Assembly: GCA_002269645.1 (NCBI GenBank)
Contig: NIVC01000168.1
Location: 599,297 to 663,296 of the forward strand
Length of the DNA stretch: 64,000 nt
From: Macrostomum lignano
Lineage: Eukaryota
Direction: 5' to 3'
Shown here: positions 25,872 through 38,432 of the stretch, piece after piece
Numbering within the stretch: position 1 is the stretch's first letter
How the letters are laid out: each line of letters begins with the position of its first letter
Notes under the pieces: generated by a model
Databases searched by the model: none
Told to the model about the DNA's origin: nothing
What the model saw: the letters and a program-made list of their open reading frames with translations, nothing else
Translations under genes and position numbers: made by a program

Positions 25872-26941
25872 CTAAAATGATTTAGGATTTTTGCCAGAAG
25901 TTTTAGTTTCAATTCAATAAAATGACTCACATATGCCATTAATTTTAGCTAAACCTCCCTTGAACAAAGTATAATAGTTTGACTTTAAATGAACTCTCTA
26001 TTGAAAAAAAATAATAAAAATCTAAATGTTTTATTTTGTGGCATCCTTACCTTCGAAGCCCATTTTATATACCAAGTTTATTCTAAGATTACAATATTTT
26101 AAGTCTTTAACAGCCTTGATATACATATGATGTTTGAAAGCCAAAAGGTTTGACAGCATTTTTTTAAAGACACAAGTAGTTAAGGATAGAAGCTAATGAT
26201 TCTCAAGGGCCTAAGATTTAGCCTGCTAATAATTTTAAACAATGGCTGTGAAATAATACTAGGAATAGCCTTTAAGCCTTAGCTCTCATTGACTAGTCCT
26301 ATATGTCATATTAAAAATCTGATTTGCTTATTGATTCTCTAACTTAAAATATGACCTTGTAATTAGTAATGTATATGTTTTTTTTCAGTAGATGGCCTTG
26401 GGTGATGAAGCCCTATCCCAGACGATGGTGTCTAGGACACCAGTTTGTCCAGACAAACTTAACTAAATGCACTGGGTGCTGGTAGACTCGTCAACTTTTT
26501 ATTCATCAACTGGTAATGTGCAAACGTATATTCAATTAGTATTCAATTACCTAAGCTCCTTTGTGCCACTGATCTGAGCACCCGCAAAGTCCACTATTAA
26601 AAAGTGAGGAATTTATTTTTCAAATATATTCAATATAATTTGATAAACTATACAAATTAAACAATGTTTCCACTAAAAAGAACGCATAGATTTTATACGT
26701 CATACGTTTCACAAAGGTGAATCAAAAAAGCACAGCAGTTCCACAAGAAAAATTTAGGTCAACAAATCCGTAACAAATTATAAATAGTAAAAGCGAAAAT
26801 ATTGGGCAACAAATCAAAGGCCACAAACACTGAATGCTAAGCAAAATGCATAAAAAAGTTGCAAGAAGATGTACATCCTAAACAAATGCTATAAAAATCA
26901 TTCTCTCAAGTCATTGAAAGCGTCAATGCGGCAAAGGCCAT

Positions 26942-29837
26942 CTACTGATTATGCTGCTTAGGTTTGCCAAACTTAGGCACATGACCAAGGCGCGAGAACT
27001 CCAGCAGAAATTCGCTGAGTACCAGACTGCGTGGCATTCTGGTACTGCTGCCACAGATCGTTGGTTTGCACTTGGAGACGCCTGTATTTAGGTCTGTGCT
27101 GGCGCTGCACACATCCCCGTAGAACAAGCGAAGTGTGCACTGGCACCAGAAGGGCCTCGTCATTCAAGCGCTCCAGCAGGCAGTACAGACACAGCTTGCA
27201 TTTCTCTTTAGACGGTTATGCCAGCCTTCAACCTTGTCATTCATCCGAATAGCCTGGTTGAAGATGCTGATCTCCTCCCTGCGGTGCAGTGGACTGTTTA
27301 GTCAGGTGCTGTCAACGTACTCGGCCAAGTCCAGCAGTTGTGCATGAGTGACACCGTCTACAACCTTGCTGAAGCCGGCTTCCATGTGACTACTATGGAC
27401 TCTATTATCCGTTGATTTTGGAGGTGGGGTGGGTGTCAACCCTCCTCGCCTCTCATTGGCTGGCGCCCCGATCACTAGGTGATCGATACGCGTATCGATA
27501 TCACTATCACTATCGATATCGACCAGCCGCAGGCGCACCCCCCCGACATGCACACCCTCCTGAGCCGCAGGCTCATTAGGGTCATTAGGCCGTGAACCTC
27601 CCTTTTGGTTTTCCCAAAACCGCTGTGCACCTGTGGGCTAGACATTTGCAGCAATATTTACACCTGCGTTTGTATAGTTTTATTAATCTGATATGTTCTT
27701 TACGCTTTATACATATGAGTCTGTATTATAAAACTATATATTTACACCTGCTGATATTTGCACGCCTTGTAAACCTGCTTTATACATTAATCCGATATGT
27801 ATCGAAAGTACACTTTATAAACCTGCTTTATACATTAATCTGATATGTTCTTTATGCTTTATACACGAAAGTAAGTCTGCATTATACTGTGTGTATTTCC
27901 ACCTATGTTTTATTAGCGCTTACTACACTAATATGTACCGCTTTGTATTTTGTCTATTTCACCCACTTTTCTGTCAATATATCGATAATATGCACCTACA
28001 TTGTGTGTTTTTTGCTGCCTATATGCTTAATTTTTTATGTCTGTACACCTATATGTTTTGTAATATGCATTATGCGTCATTATTCACACCTACCAAAATG
28101 TTTATCTGCTTTTTTATGTAATTATACTCAATTTCACCTACTAAAAGTAGTTTTCACGAGCCTAATATCATTGACTACATATCGGGAGAGTGTACACACA
28201 TATCGGGAGAGTGTACTGGGAGAGTGCACACACATATCAGGAGAGTGTACATCAGAGTGTACCTTTGGCTCGGGAGAGTGGGGCGCCTGCGGCATGGGCA
28301 CCTGCGGCATACATATCGGGGTACATATCGGGAGGGTGCGCCTGCGGCATACATATCGGGAGGGTGCGCCTGCGGCTCAGGAGGGTGCACACATCGGGAG
28401 GGCGCGCCCGCGGCTGGTCGGCGCTTGGCGCGTATCGATCACCCAGTGATCAGGGCGCCAGCCAATGAGAGGCGAGGAGGGCCGACACCCACCCCACCTC
28501 CAAAATCAACGGACAATAGAGTCCATAGTAGTCATGTGGTCCGCTAGAAGATATGGCAGCGCCATGAGCTTCCGACAGAAAGTGCGCATTCCAATGTCAT
28601 TGAGGTATGCTTGCCGGAGGCCATTGTTCTGGATATGGCGATATATCGCTTGTGCGTAATGAAAAAGGCACCCCTGCAATCTTGCTGTCGGGAAGAGAGA
28701 GCGCAGAGCTTGCCACACTACTCCCTCGTAGTCCATGATGAATGCTTCAACGGCAGAGACTTCGCCTCAACAATTGCAGCAGCCAGCCTGAAGCACTGCC
28801 TCTTGGCTTCTTCTTTGATCTCGGAGATCATTTTCCGCTTGGCACATTCACGCACTCTGGGCTCACAGCTGTGCTGGCTTCTGCCCATCGAGAGAATGTC
28901 CCAGGCGGCTTTTCAATAAGTGTAGCAGAGCATTTGGCATTTCTTTTAGTGCACCGCCAGTAGCGTGAGCCATGCACAGGACGTGGATTCAAGCCAAAAA
29001 CGTACTCCGATATGAACTGCATGAATCACAATATCTTTGCCTTGTTCACTTCCCTTTGGCACAATAGTAAATGCTTCCAGACACTCTGCCTCTACATCAA
29101 TTTCCTCTATGATGGGCTCCGGTGTAGGCAATGAGTCTACCAGAAGTCGAGGTGGCAATGGAGCTGGTGTCAGTGCCAGTGCATTCAGAGCAGTAAATGA
29201 TGGTGGCTCCCGCACTTCTAGCTCTGGTAGTGAGTCCCCTAACAGTTGCGGCTCTTGCACTTCTGGCTCTGGCAGTGAGTCCCCTAACAGTTGCGGCTCT
29301 TGCACTTCTGGCTCTGGCAGTGAGTACTCCAGCAGTTGAGGCTGAGGTGGCAATGGTGCAGTGTAAAGATCCTGCATAAGTATTGGATAGGGTAGGCCTA
29401 TATCAGTGTATGTTTAATGTAATATAAATAACATAAAAAATAAATAAAATAAAAATAAAATAAAATAAATAATAAATAAAATAGTAATAGGTTGATGATG
29501 CTTTACCCTAGCAATAAAATTAAAAAGCAAAACATTCTTCATACCTGCAGTAGGCTACTAGCACTAGCTGCCTCTTCCACTTCAGCAATTGCTAGCTCTA
29601 TAGCTTGCACTTCCACTGCAGCCTCTCCAGCCTCTGGCATGACTGCACATGAAGCACATGTGACACAAAGCCACGAAAAATTAGCACTGCTTTCAGCACA
29701 AAGATGGCGATACTGAGACTGTCACTCCTGAATTGCAGGTCCTATGCTGTCACAGACTACAGTTGTTGCACTGCAGGGCATGTTGTCGAGGTTGTACAAG
29801 AACAGTGCAATCTATATAATAGTCTGCCATTAATCAA
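26942..29837 (-). pseudogene. Decayed Mutator-like (MULE) transposase gene with PHD and FLYWCH domains, intron-containing and internally deleted
   Basis: PHD remnant LQCNNCSL*QHRTC...FSWLCVTC; Pro/Glu-rich linker; FLYWCH-like SRYWRCTKRNAKCSATL; MULE DYEGVVWQALRSLFPTARLQGCLFHYAQAI...LMALP; EGWHNRLKR; contains stops and frameshifts. Confidence 0.85.
27389..28532. mobile_element. 1144-bp non-autonomous TIR element inserted in the MULE transposase
   Basis: About 170-185-bp TIRs (27389-27572 and 28368-28532) beginning ACTACTATGGACTC; flanking CATGTG duplication (27383-27388, 28533-28538); removing it restores ...ADHMEAGF... Confidence 0.92.
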
Positions 29838-29913
29838 ATTAAAAAGAACAAAATATGAAGCAATAGGATGCGCTTGTATCCACAATTGGGTCATTTTAGA
29901 AAAGGGCAGTCAG

Positions 29914-29914
<1 letters not shown>

Positions 29915-29961
<47 letters not shown>
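29915..29961. repeat. (TA)n microsatellite
   Basis: Direct. Confidence 0.97.
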
Positions 29962-29964
<3 letters not shown>

Positions 29965-32900
29965 TTTATTCATAGTGAATATATATTAATAATTAATTTA
30001 CAATACCTTTTAACTCTATTTCAATGGCATACTAGTTTTATGAATTATGTGGCTATACTTTTTATACTAAACTGAAGTTGACAAATTTAACCAGGCTTAC
30101 CTAGAAACATAGTAAACTTGATAACACAGTTCACGATTAAAAAAGTTGACAAATTTACCTGGATCCAAATGCACTAGATCATATAAAAACAAAAATAAAT
30201 ATTTTTTATTTTGAAATTTTATGTAGTTACTCATACTAATTGATTTTTAGCTTAAAAATTTTGCAATATTAAACTGTATGTTTTAAAATAAAATAAAAAC
30301 TTTTTTAATTCTTTACACTTTACTATTTTTACTTTTAAATTAAAATTATGTTCAGTTAAAATTGTATTACAGATAAGTGACGAAAGTAAAAATATATGTC
30401 AATGTTACCAGTATGTATGAAAGGTTTGTAAGCCATGATTTTTTGTATACTAGAGTATATTCCAAGCCAAGTATAGCATAGCAAATGTACACCAGAGAAA
30501 TCTGTTATGTAGGCCACCTTCTTGACTATGCCTTAGCTATACTATACAAGAAAGTTTGAACATTCCTAAATATAAAATTAGTGATATCTTGATACCCAAG
30601 TCTAACATTGCCAAAACCTTAGTAACTGTATATATTTATCTAACAATATATGTTTTCTACAATTTAAGACCATTCAAGTCAGTTTAGAAGCAGTATAAGC
30701 TGAGATATAGAGCTTTAAAAAATAAAAACATGCACACTTTTTACTACTTCCTAACATATGATCCTAACTTTAAAGCTAGAATACTATATGAAAACATGTT
30801 TTTATGCAAATATATTCATATTAGGGGGCCCGAAGCTGAATAAATAATCTAAAAATGATACCACACTCAACAATTAAAATTATAATTAAAAAGTTATTCA
30901 TATAAAAATGAAAAATTCTTTTACTTTTTCAAAAAGGTCATTTCTGTAGGCCTAATATATTTTGGCCATTAAAAATGTGACAATTTTTTTACAATATGAT
31001 AATAGGCCTAACTTTTTTATTACTGAACCAAATAACTAAAGTGAGCATTTTTTATGTTCATAATAACATAGCTTATCTATTTTGTTATGAACAAAACAGA
31101 ATTTAAAATTTTCAAAATCTTACTGAAGTCTCTACTATTGAAGTTCAAAAATTTAACTTAATTATCTAAACAATCTTGGAGTCAAGTCTTAAATTGAATA
31201 AATTCAGTAACATGAATTGTCTCTAATGGAGAAGTTATAGTTACAACTTAAGGGACATATATAATGATCTTCTCTATACTCTAGGAGCTAAAAACAGAAA
31301 CAGCCAATTGAGAGAGATTGAAAACTAGTATGTGGTCATTTTGTTTGCTGCCCTTCTGTCTACCAGCAGACAAAATGACTTTTTAATAATAAGCAGCAAA
31401 ATAGGTTTTATAAATGGCTAGAAGTAATTTATAGTTTATTTGTAATAATAAGAACTTGCAAATAATTTTTCAGATTAAGAATTATATATAATTGTTGTAT
31501 TTTTTATTTTGTTTAAATTGCAATGTTTTTAAGAAATACATTTCTTCTTATATAAGCTTTAAATCTACATAAGAGTGAGATTTATAATTTGCACCATGCA
31601 TGTAGGCCTAACCAAAAGTCAAGTCTTTCAAGCATTTTTTTAATCATATTTTTATAGACAACTGAACTGCATTATTTGCCATCATGTTGTTAGACCTAAT
31701 ATTTAGAAATTGCTCATTTAAGTCATTTTATCACTAAGAAATGGTCTTGATATCTTAATCACTGTTATCTTATAATCACTATCTCAAACTAATGACAACT
31801 GACATATTTACACTTATAAAACTTTACTAGGCCTATTTGTGGCAGATGAAATGACTATATTATATTCTTGCAGACAAAAGGGTGGCAGACAAACTGGCAA
31901 CAGACAAAACAACTGTCAACCTAAAAGCTTCATAGGCCAATTAGAGCTGTGGACACTTTAAACATGCACCTAAGGCTAAGGCCTAGCCCTAGCCTTATAC
32001 ATGTGTAATACACATTAACACATATGATACAATATTAAAAATGAAATAAAAACTAATAGGTCTAGGCCTAATAAGCATATAATCAATAAATTATATGCTT
32101 ACAGTATAGGAAATTGAAGAATATAAGCCTATATAGACCTAGTTTTAACTATAGGGCCTAGGCCTAGACTAAGCAGTAGGCACACAAACAAAACTAAAAC
32201 TTACACTCCAGAAAGTATCATAAATATTGTTGCAAAAAATGTAGCCCATTGTAGCAAGGTTAGAAGAAAGTAGTCCATAGCTGAATACTGAAACTGATGT
32301 CTGATTTAGACTAGGCCTAGTCCAACGAAGATGGACAAACTAGAAATTATTCAAATGACCAAATTATTGGATAAACTAGAAAAACTAGTCCTGATAAACT
32401 AGTTAGCGTAGTTATCTACGCTAAAAAATCAAGCTACGGCACGCCGCACACCTGATCCTTAACTATATATAATAACTATATACAACTGTCGAAAAATATA
32501 TAGTATGCTAAAATTTATAACTGAAATGGTTAAATAAAGTAGTATGAATTAGATATGCTCCCAACTAAAATTTAGAAAATCCACGGTATTCATCTTTTAA
32601 AATTGAGCACTGGTGAAGCCGAAATTAAAAAGACCGCCAAAACGTGACAAAACATTACGAGGATTTACGATTAGGTATAGTAGACGAAGCCTTAAAACTT
32701 CATGAGTTCGTCAACCACATGTTTTCTGCATTAGCTCTGACTTCGTTCGTTACTGGCCTTCAGTGAGATGAAGCTTTTGGACATTCAACAGGTGACTATG
32801 GACAAACGCTGTTGCAGGGAACATCAAATTTAGTTCCAAAATGGCAGTGATGTATTAGAGCGGTGCTTTCGCTGTCGGATCCCTCGATTGGACCGGCAAT

Positions 32901-34252
32901 TAGTCTCTCTATCTCTCTATGTCTCACTTGACCACAAGGGGTTACTACGGGATAAATAGGGATCTTATTTCAACTCAAGGCTCCAGCTGGAAGTGCGATT
33001 GTACCACGCAGATGCACCAGATGTACGTACACTGTACGAGAGCTGCGCTTTCGCTTTTAGGTCACTAAGTTGAACTTAAGGCACCTAAAATTCACTTAAA
33101 AATTACTGTTGCAATCTGCGTGTAGGTAGTATTTTCTGTCTAGTGCACAGAAGTAGCTATATCATGCTTTTGCGCAAATTTTACTTGGTTTTATATATAG
33201 TTATTTTTATCTCAAGTTTTTTTTGCGTGGCAGTGAATTCAATGCATTTTGTACTTTTTTAAAGAAAGACCATTTCTGTGTAAAAGTTCGGTTTAATTCA
33301 AAGTTTCATAAACTAAACAACTTGTCCAATAAAACTTATATGTATTGCGTGTATAGTAGGAGGCAGCAGTGATCGAGTTAGAAAAACCTTATAGAGTATA
33401 TATTTAAGAGAAAGAAAATCTACAGTGTAGCGCTTTGGGAAAACTCGACCTGATCTGGTAAAATATTGCTACCTACATGTATCTCGACTGTCCAGAAGGC
33501 ATGGCGACTCGGTTCTTTGTTTGAGATGGTTTGCAACAAAAAAATAACCTGTATTCTCAAAGTTCAGGTGCCTTCGTTGCTCCATATTTTGCGCAGCAGA
33601 AGAAATTGCCAGGGGTTGCCAGAAATTGTCGTAAGTGACTAATTGTGGTATTCCTACTGTTAATAAAAACCTGCACCCTGTGACGCACGTTATATATATT
33701 TGTCTTCATCTCTTCACTCCTGAATTTTGATATTTAGTACAGGAAAGCAATTAAAAACTTTGAATCATCTGTCACGATGTTGATGTTGGCGTAGCGGCTA
33801 ACTATGGCTAGGACCCTTAAAAGGGCCGTTTTGACAAGCGTTGCAGTAAGTCGTAGTTCCAAAATAAGTTGAAGTCAACTCTTGCAAAGCGGATTGTGTA
33901 GCGGAGCACTTGGTAATAAAGGCAGGAAACTGCCGTAGTTGTTTTATTGTTAAAATCAATATTAGGCTTGGTTATTACTGTCAATACACAAACTATAGCT
34001 TCTGGGCACTGGCGGCTGCAACAATGGTTTTGAATATAATTGGAGGTGAAGTCAAGTGACAGACGAGTGATGCGATGGCGACGTAACGTAATGAGCAATG
34101 GCAATGAGCACAGTGAAGGCGGTGAGACACAGTAGGCAGGATTGGCGTCAGCCGTGGCGTGAGATAAGGAGGCTCGAGGCAGCCAGACAGAGAACAAGGC
34201 AGACAAGCCTAAGGAGAGAGAGAGAGAGCAAAACCAGGAATGAAGGTGGAGA

Positions 34253-34631
34253 CCATAGATAAAGTATACCATAGATTCCACCCCTGCCCAGAATGTACAC
34301 ACGCTCGTGTCCAAACTTTGACCACCATAAAACTCACCGTGCTCTCATTGGCTGGCGCGAAAGCCTTCCTTTCAACACCTTCGATTTCATTCCCTCACCC
34401 CTTCCACACAAGAAAGCTTTATAACTTTAATGCGCGGAACGAAAGGATGTCTTACCAGTTTCAACAGTTAAAGCGGAGATAATAGAAAAGCGGAGTTGGG
34501 GGAATGTACACACGTGGACTCAATGTGCATAGCGTGGCCCAGCCAATAGGAGCGCAGTGAATAAAGTGATGGTCACAATTTAGACACTCCGCGGGGGTAG
34601 GGGTGGAATCTATGGTATACTTTATCTATGG
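34253..34631. mobile_element. 379-bp MITE with 33-bp TIRs
   Basis: TIR CCATAGATAAAGTATACCATAGATTCCACCCCT and its reverse complement; flanking TGGAGA duplication (34247-34252, 34632-34637). Confidence 0.9.
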
Positions 34632-34979
34632 TGGAGACCCCCAGCTCGCCAGGCGAGGGTTAATAAAGGAGCGCAGAGGGGGGGTAGCACGAAGCACGAG
34701 CGGTTCTCATTGGCTGGCTAAAGAACTTAAAATTATCGATCGTGCCAGTTTTCTACGGTCGCATGAAAGGATAGCAAAATGCGCAGTGAGTTAGCGATAA
34801 GTACAAATTCATTGGGCACTACTACAAGTAAACGTTAAAATAAACTATTGGAGAAATTAAAATGAGAAATAGCAAGGGAAACTATAGTCCAACGGCCCTC
34901 TCGGGACCACTTAAACTAGCAACGTCACACATCGGTCTGATCATCTTATCTTTCATAAGCAGCTTCTATTAAGGATCTA

Positions 34980-37186
34980 CCCAGTGAAAAAAATGATATG
35001 GATTCCATGTAGATTTTTCATATGAAATCCATATGTGCATTTGTCTCCGTCCATCCATGTGGAATCAAGATATGGATTCCACATCGAAGATCCACATGGA
35101 AGTAATTATGTATTTCACATAGAATCCACATTGTCATTGATTAGCAGCCATTATACTGGTTGCCATAATAAATTGTTGCATCTTAAATCTCAAAATATTA
35201 CCAGATCTCAAAATTTCATACGAACCCCAGATCTCAATACCATATAAAAAAACTGAAACACAGAAAAACACTAAAGCCAAAAAGTATTTCTGCACAAAAA
35301 TATATTCAAAAAGGATGCCTCAATAAGTAAGGTGTATTTATGTACAGTAGTAAGTCACTGGCACACAAAGAATAAACACACTGATGTAGATATTGATACC
35401 TTTAGAGTTGCACATTATATGATATAATATATAATTTGAAACTGACATTATCAATAGCATTAATTAACAATATTATTTTATAATGCACCAGAATTAGAAC
35501 ACTCAGAAACAAGCTGCTGCCAATTGCCAGAATGCTGCTTCTTCAGGTCAGGTGAGAAACCTTAGAAAAGAAATGAGTTAAATTACAGAATTTTATTAAG
35601 TATCTGTGGATAACAGATAAATGTACATTTTGATGACAGAAAAAAATCAGTTTGTAACTAAAACTTATCACTGCTTCACAAAAGGTAGCATTCTGGATAT
35701 TAAATTCAAATTCCAAGTAGCTTTGCTTGCTTCTTGAAAGGCAAGACCAAGGTGATACTCAAGTTTCAGGATAAGCCACGTGATGTTAGGCTGAAATGAA
35801 ACAAAAAAATAGTTCTTGCCAATTGATAAATTCTTAAAGATTGATAAATTATATTAGTATACTTTTAAGGATGAATACTTAATAAAGACTATTTCAAAAG
35901 TAACAAGGCCTAAGTCAATAAATAGAAATATCAATAAAATAATGAGTACAGACATTATTATTATATATGTTTATAGATTTAATTTTTTTATTTTAAAATT
36001 GGTTCTAGACCATATAGTTTTTAGGCAAAACAATGCAAGTTCCATTTATTTGCTAGTATGATAAAACATTAGGCCTAAGTCTAAATAGGCATTATGCCCC
36101 ATGGCTATTAAATTCTAGACTTGGCCTAGCCCTACATCTGATCAAATTTACAATAATCATTATTTATTCATAATAACAACCTTAGCTGCTAGGCTAGTTA
36201 TGCCAAAAGCAAGTTGCAAGTATAATTGCAAAGAATTTGTTTATTATATCTAAAAACATTGTTTTTAAAAATGCAACAAGTCCAAAAGATGCTAACAGGC
36301 TTTCTTGCAGAAAATCATAATTTAATAGATTTAACTGAATAGCTTGATTAACTACTCAATTCACAAAGTCAAGCTACCTAACCTTAATTAAAATAGAAAG
36401 ACATAACTTGATAGATATGGCTTAAAATAGGCCTAATAACCATACATATAAACAGATAGGTAGGACTAAGAGGAAATTATGAGCTTCTGTAGGCCTATTG
36501 AAGTTAAAAATGAGTATCTAAACTATGGGCATGGTCATGGGATTCCTAGAAATTGGATAAATAATTTTATCATGAATTTTACTAAAAGTAGCCTATCTAT
36601 GAAAAAATACCGATTTATCTAATTTTGAATCCCATGGAGGCCATGGCCTTATAAGTGTTGCCTATAGGTTAGGCCTACTAAAATTTATAAGGTGCTTAAA
36701 TAGCCATAAACAAGGCAATTTATCTTTCAAGGCCTTGAACCAAGACATTGACGAATAAAAATAAAATAAATTTAATTTTAAAAAGCACGAAACATTTTTT
36801 ACTGTCCACTTCTATTTTGTCTGTTTTAACAAACAGCGTCTAATTTTTCCAATATAATTCAGCTTAAAGTTATTAAGTTTTACTTAAAAGCACATAAATA
36901 TAATAATTAAATTAATTAATTTTATAAAAACATCTGAATGTAGTATATCTCAGTTTTTTATCGAAGTGGATTCCATGTTGAATCAATATACGCGTATTTC
37001 TGATGAATTCCTTGTAAAATCCACATCTACATTAGGATAGTAAAAATAGAAAATTAATGCATAAAAAATACTTTGCATACCATTATGTAATCTTTAATTC
37101 ATTAATTTGCAAAAATAAAAGAAACGTTTAAATTCCACATGGCCACGTGGAACCCACGTGGAATCCATGAATCATTTTTCACTGGG
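34980..37186. mobile_element. 2.2-kb non-autonomous CACTA/EnSpm-like DNA transposon
   Basis: TIR CCCAGTGAAAAA(A)ATGAT-ATGGATTCCA; TA on both flanks; multiple subterminal GATTCCAC/GTGGAATC repeats at both ends; AT-rich interior. Superfamily assignment is inference. Confidence 0.8.
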
Positions 37187-38118
37187 TAAGGATTAAAAGC
37201 ACTCCGCCCCAGCTCAACATTCAGACAGCCGATGAAGAAGCTATTTGTGCAGAGCTACTGCAGCTGCATTATAAATGCATAGATTAGCTACTGACGCGAG
37301 ATCTGAGTCAAAGTAAATAATGCAATGCTGCATGCCCAGCTTTGATTCTTGGCACTGTCTTTAATGCTTTTATTGTGATTTTTTTAGCAAAAGCAGTGGC
37401 TCAACACTGCAACGATCGGGAATGGAAATGATCACACTCAGCTTTGGATTTTTTGCATCTTCTGGCGTCTTTGAAGTGCCACCGGGCTTGAAGCCAGTTC
37501 AGTTCTAGAAGCCTCAGAAAAAGATTACTAATTAATCTGGAGCCATTCGCTTCCATCCATTTGCATCCATTCTATCTCAAGCAGTACGGCTTCTCTAGTC
37601 AAGAGTTTGAGTTCAAACAGCTCGTCTTACTCTTAGGCAATCATGTTATTAAGTGGGACCAATTTGATCACAGGGCCTTAGCATATTTTTTGTCGCTCGT
37701 ACGACTTGATGGCTTGATTGGTGGCGGTATAAATGAGTCTTTTGCTGAAGGTAAGAGGATAAACTACTTGTATTAGATTATGTACTTTTAAAGAAACTAA
37801 CTAATACGCTCGCAGATACACTGTTGAGCTGGGAGGGATGTCATGGGAAAAGCATGACTGCAATCAATGCTAAGCTGCCCAGACTGCACTGCTGAGTTGG
37901 AAAAATTGACAGACATGTTAGAAAGATTAACGATTGCCGGAAACAACAGACTGCAGAAGTTTCATTGTGTTTACCTTTACTCAAGTCATGGCTTTTATAT
38001 TTTAGCAAAAGCAGACAAACACTGTGGGACCAAACAAGACAATGATATAGGTAGAATTAAATATGTTCACAGTTGAAAAGGACCAAATTAGAAAACTCTG
38101 GGATAATTTAAGCGGCTG

Positions 38119-38432
38119 ATAATAATAATAATAATAATTGATTACACCTGCCTTAATCAGCAGATGTGCAGCAGAATGAAGGATGCGTACGGCGCTGTTC
38201 AGTCCAAGGACTGCATGGGGTGGGGGGGGGGGGTCGCCACTCACCCCCAATTACCCCAGTCCCCAGCTATTGCTGGCACCCAGTTTTACAGCTTGGGTGA
38301 ACTGAAGGGGGAAGCAATGCAGAGTTAAGTGTCTTGCTCAAGGACACAAATAGTTCCAATAGGATCGGGAATCGAACCCCCGACCTTCAAGTCGTAAGTT
38401 CGACGCTTTATCTACTGTAGGCTGTACAACCC
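38119..38432 (-). mobile_element. tRNA-derived CORE-type SINE, copy 3
   Basis: Reverse-complement match to the other copies; (AAT)n tail; probable imperfect TSD AAGCGG(C/A)TGA. Confidence 0.85.

Noticed and set aside
26395-26480. Harbinger-like LGDEA/MKPYP peptide
   Set aside because: Too short, split across frames, no supporting context
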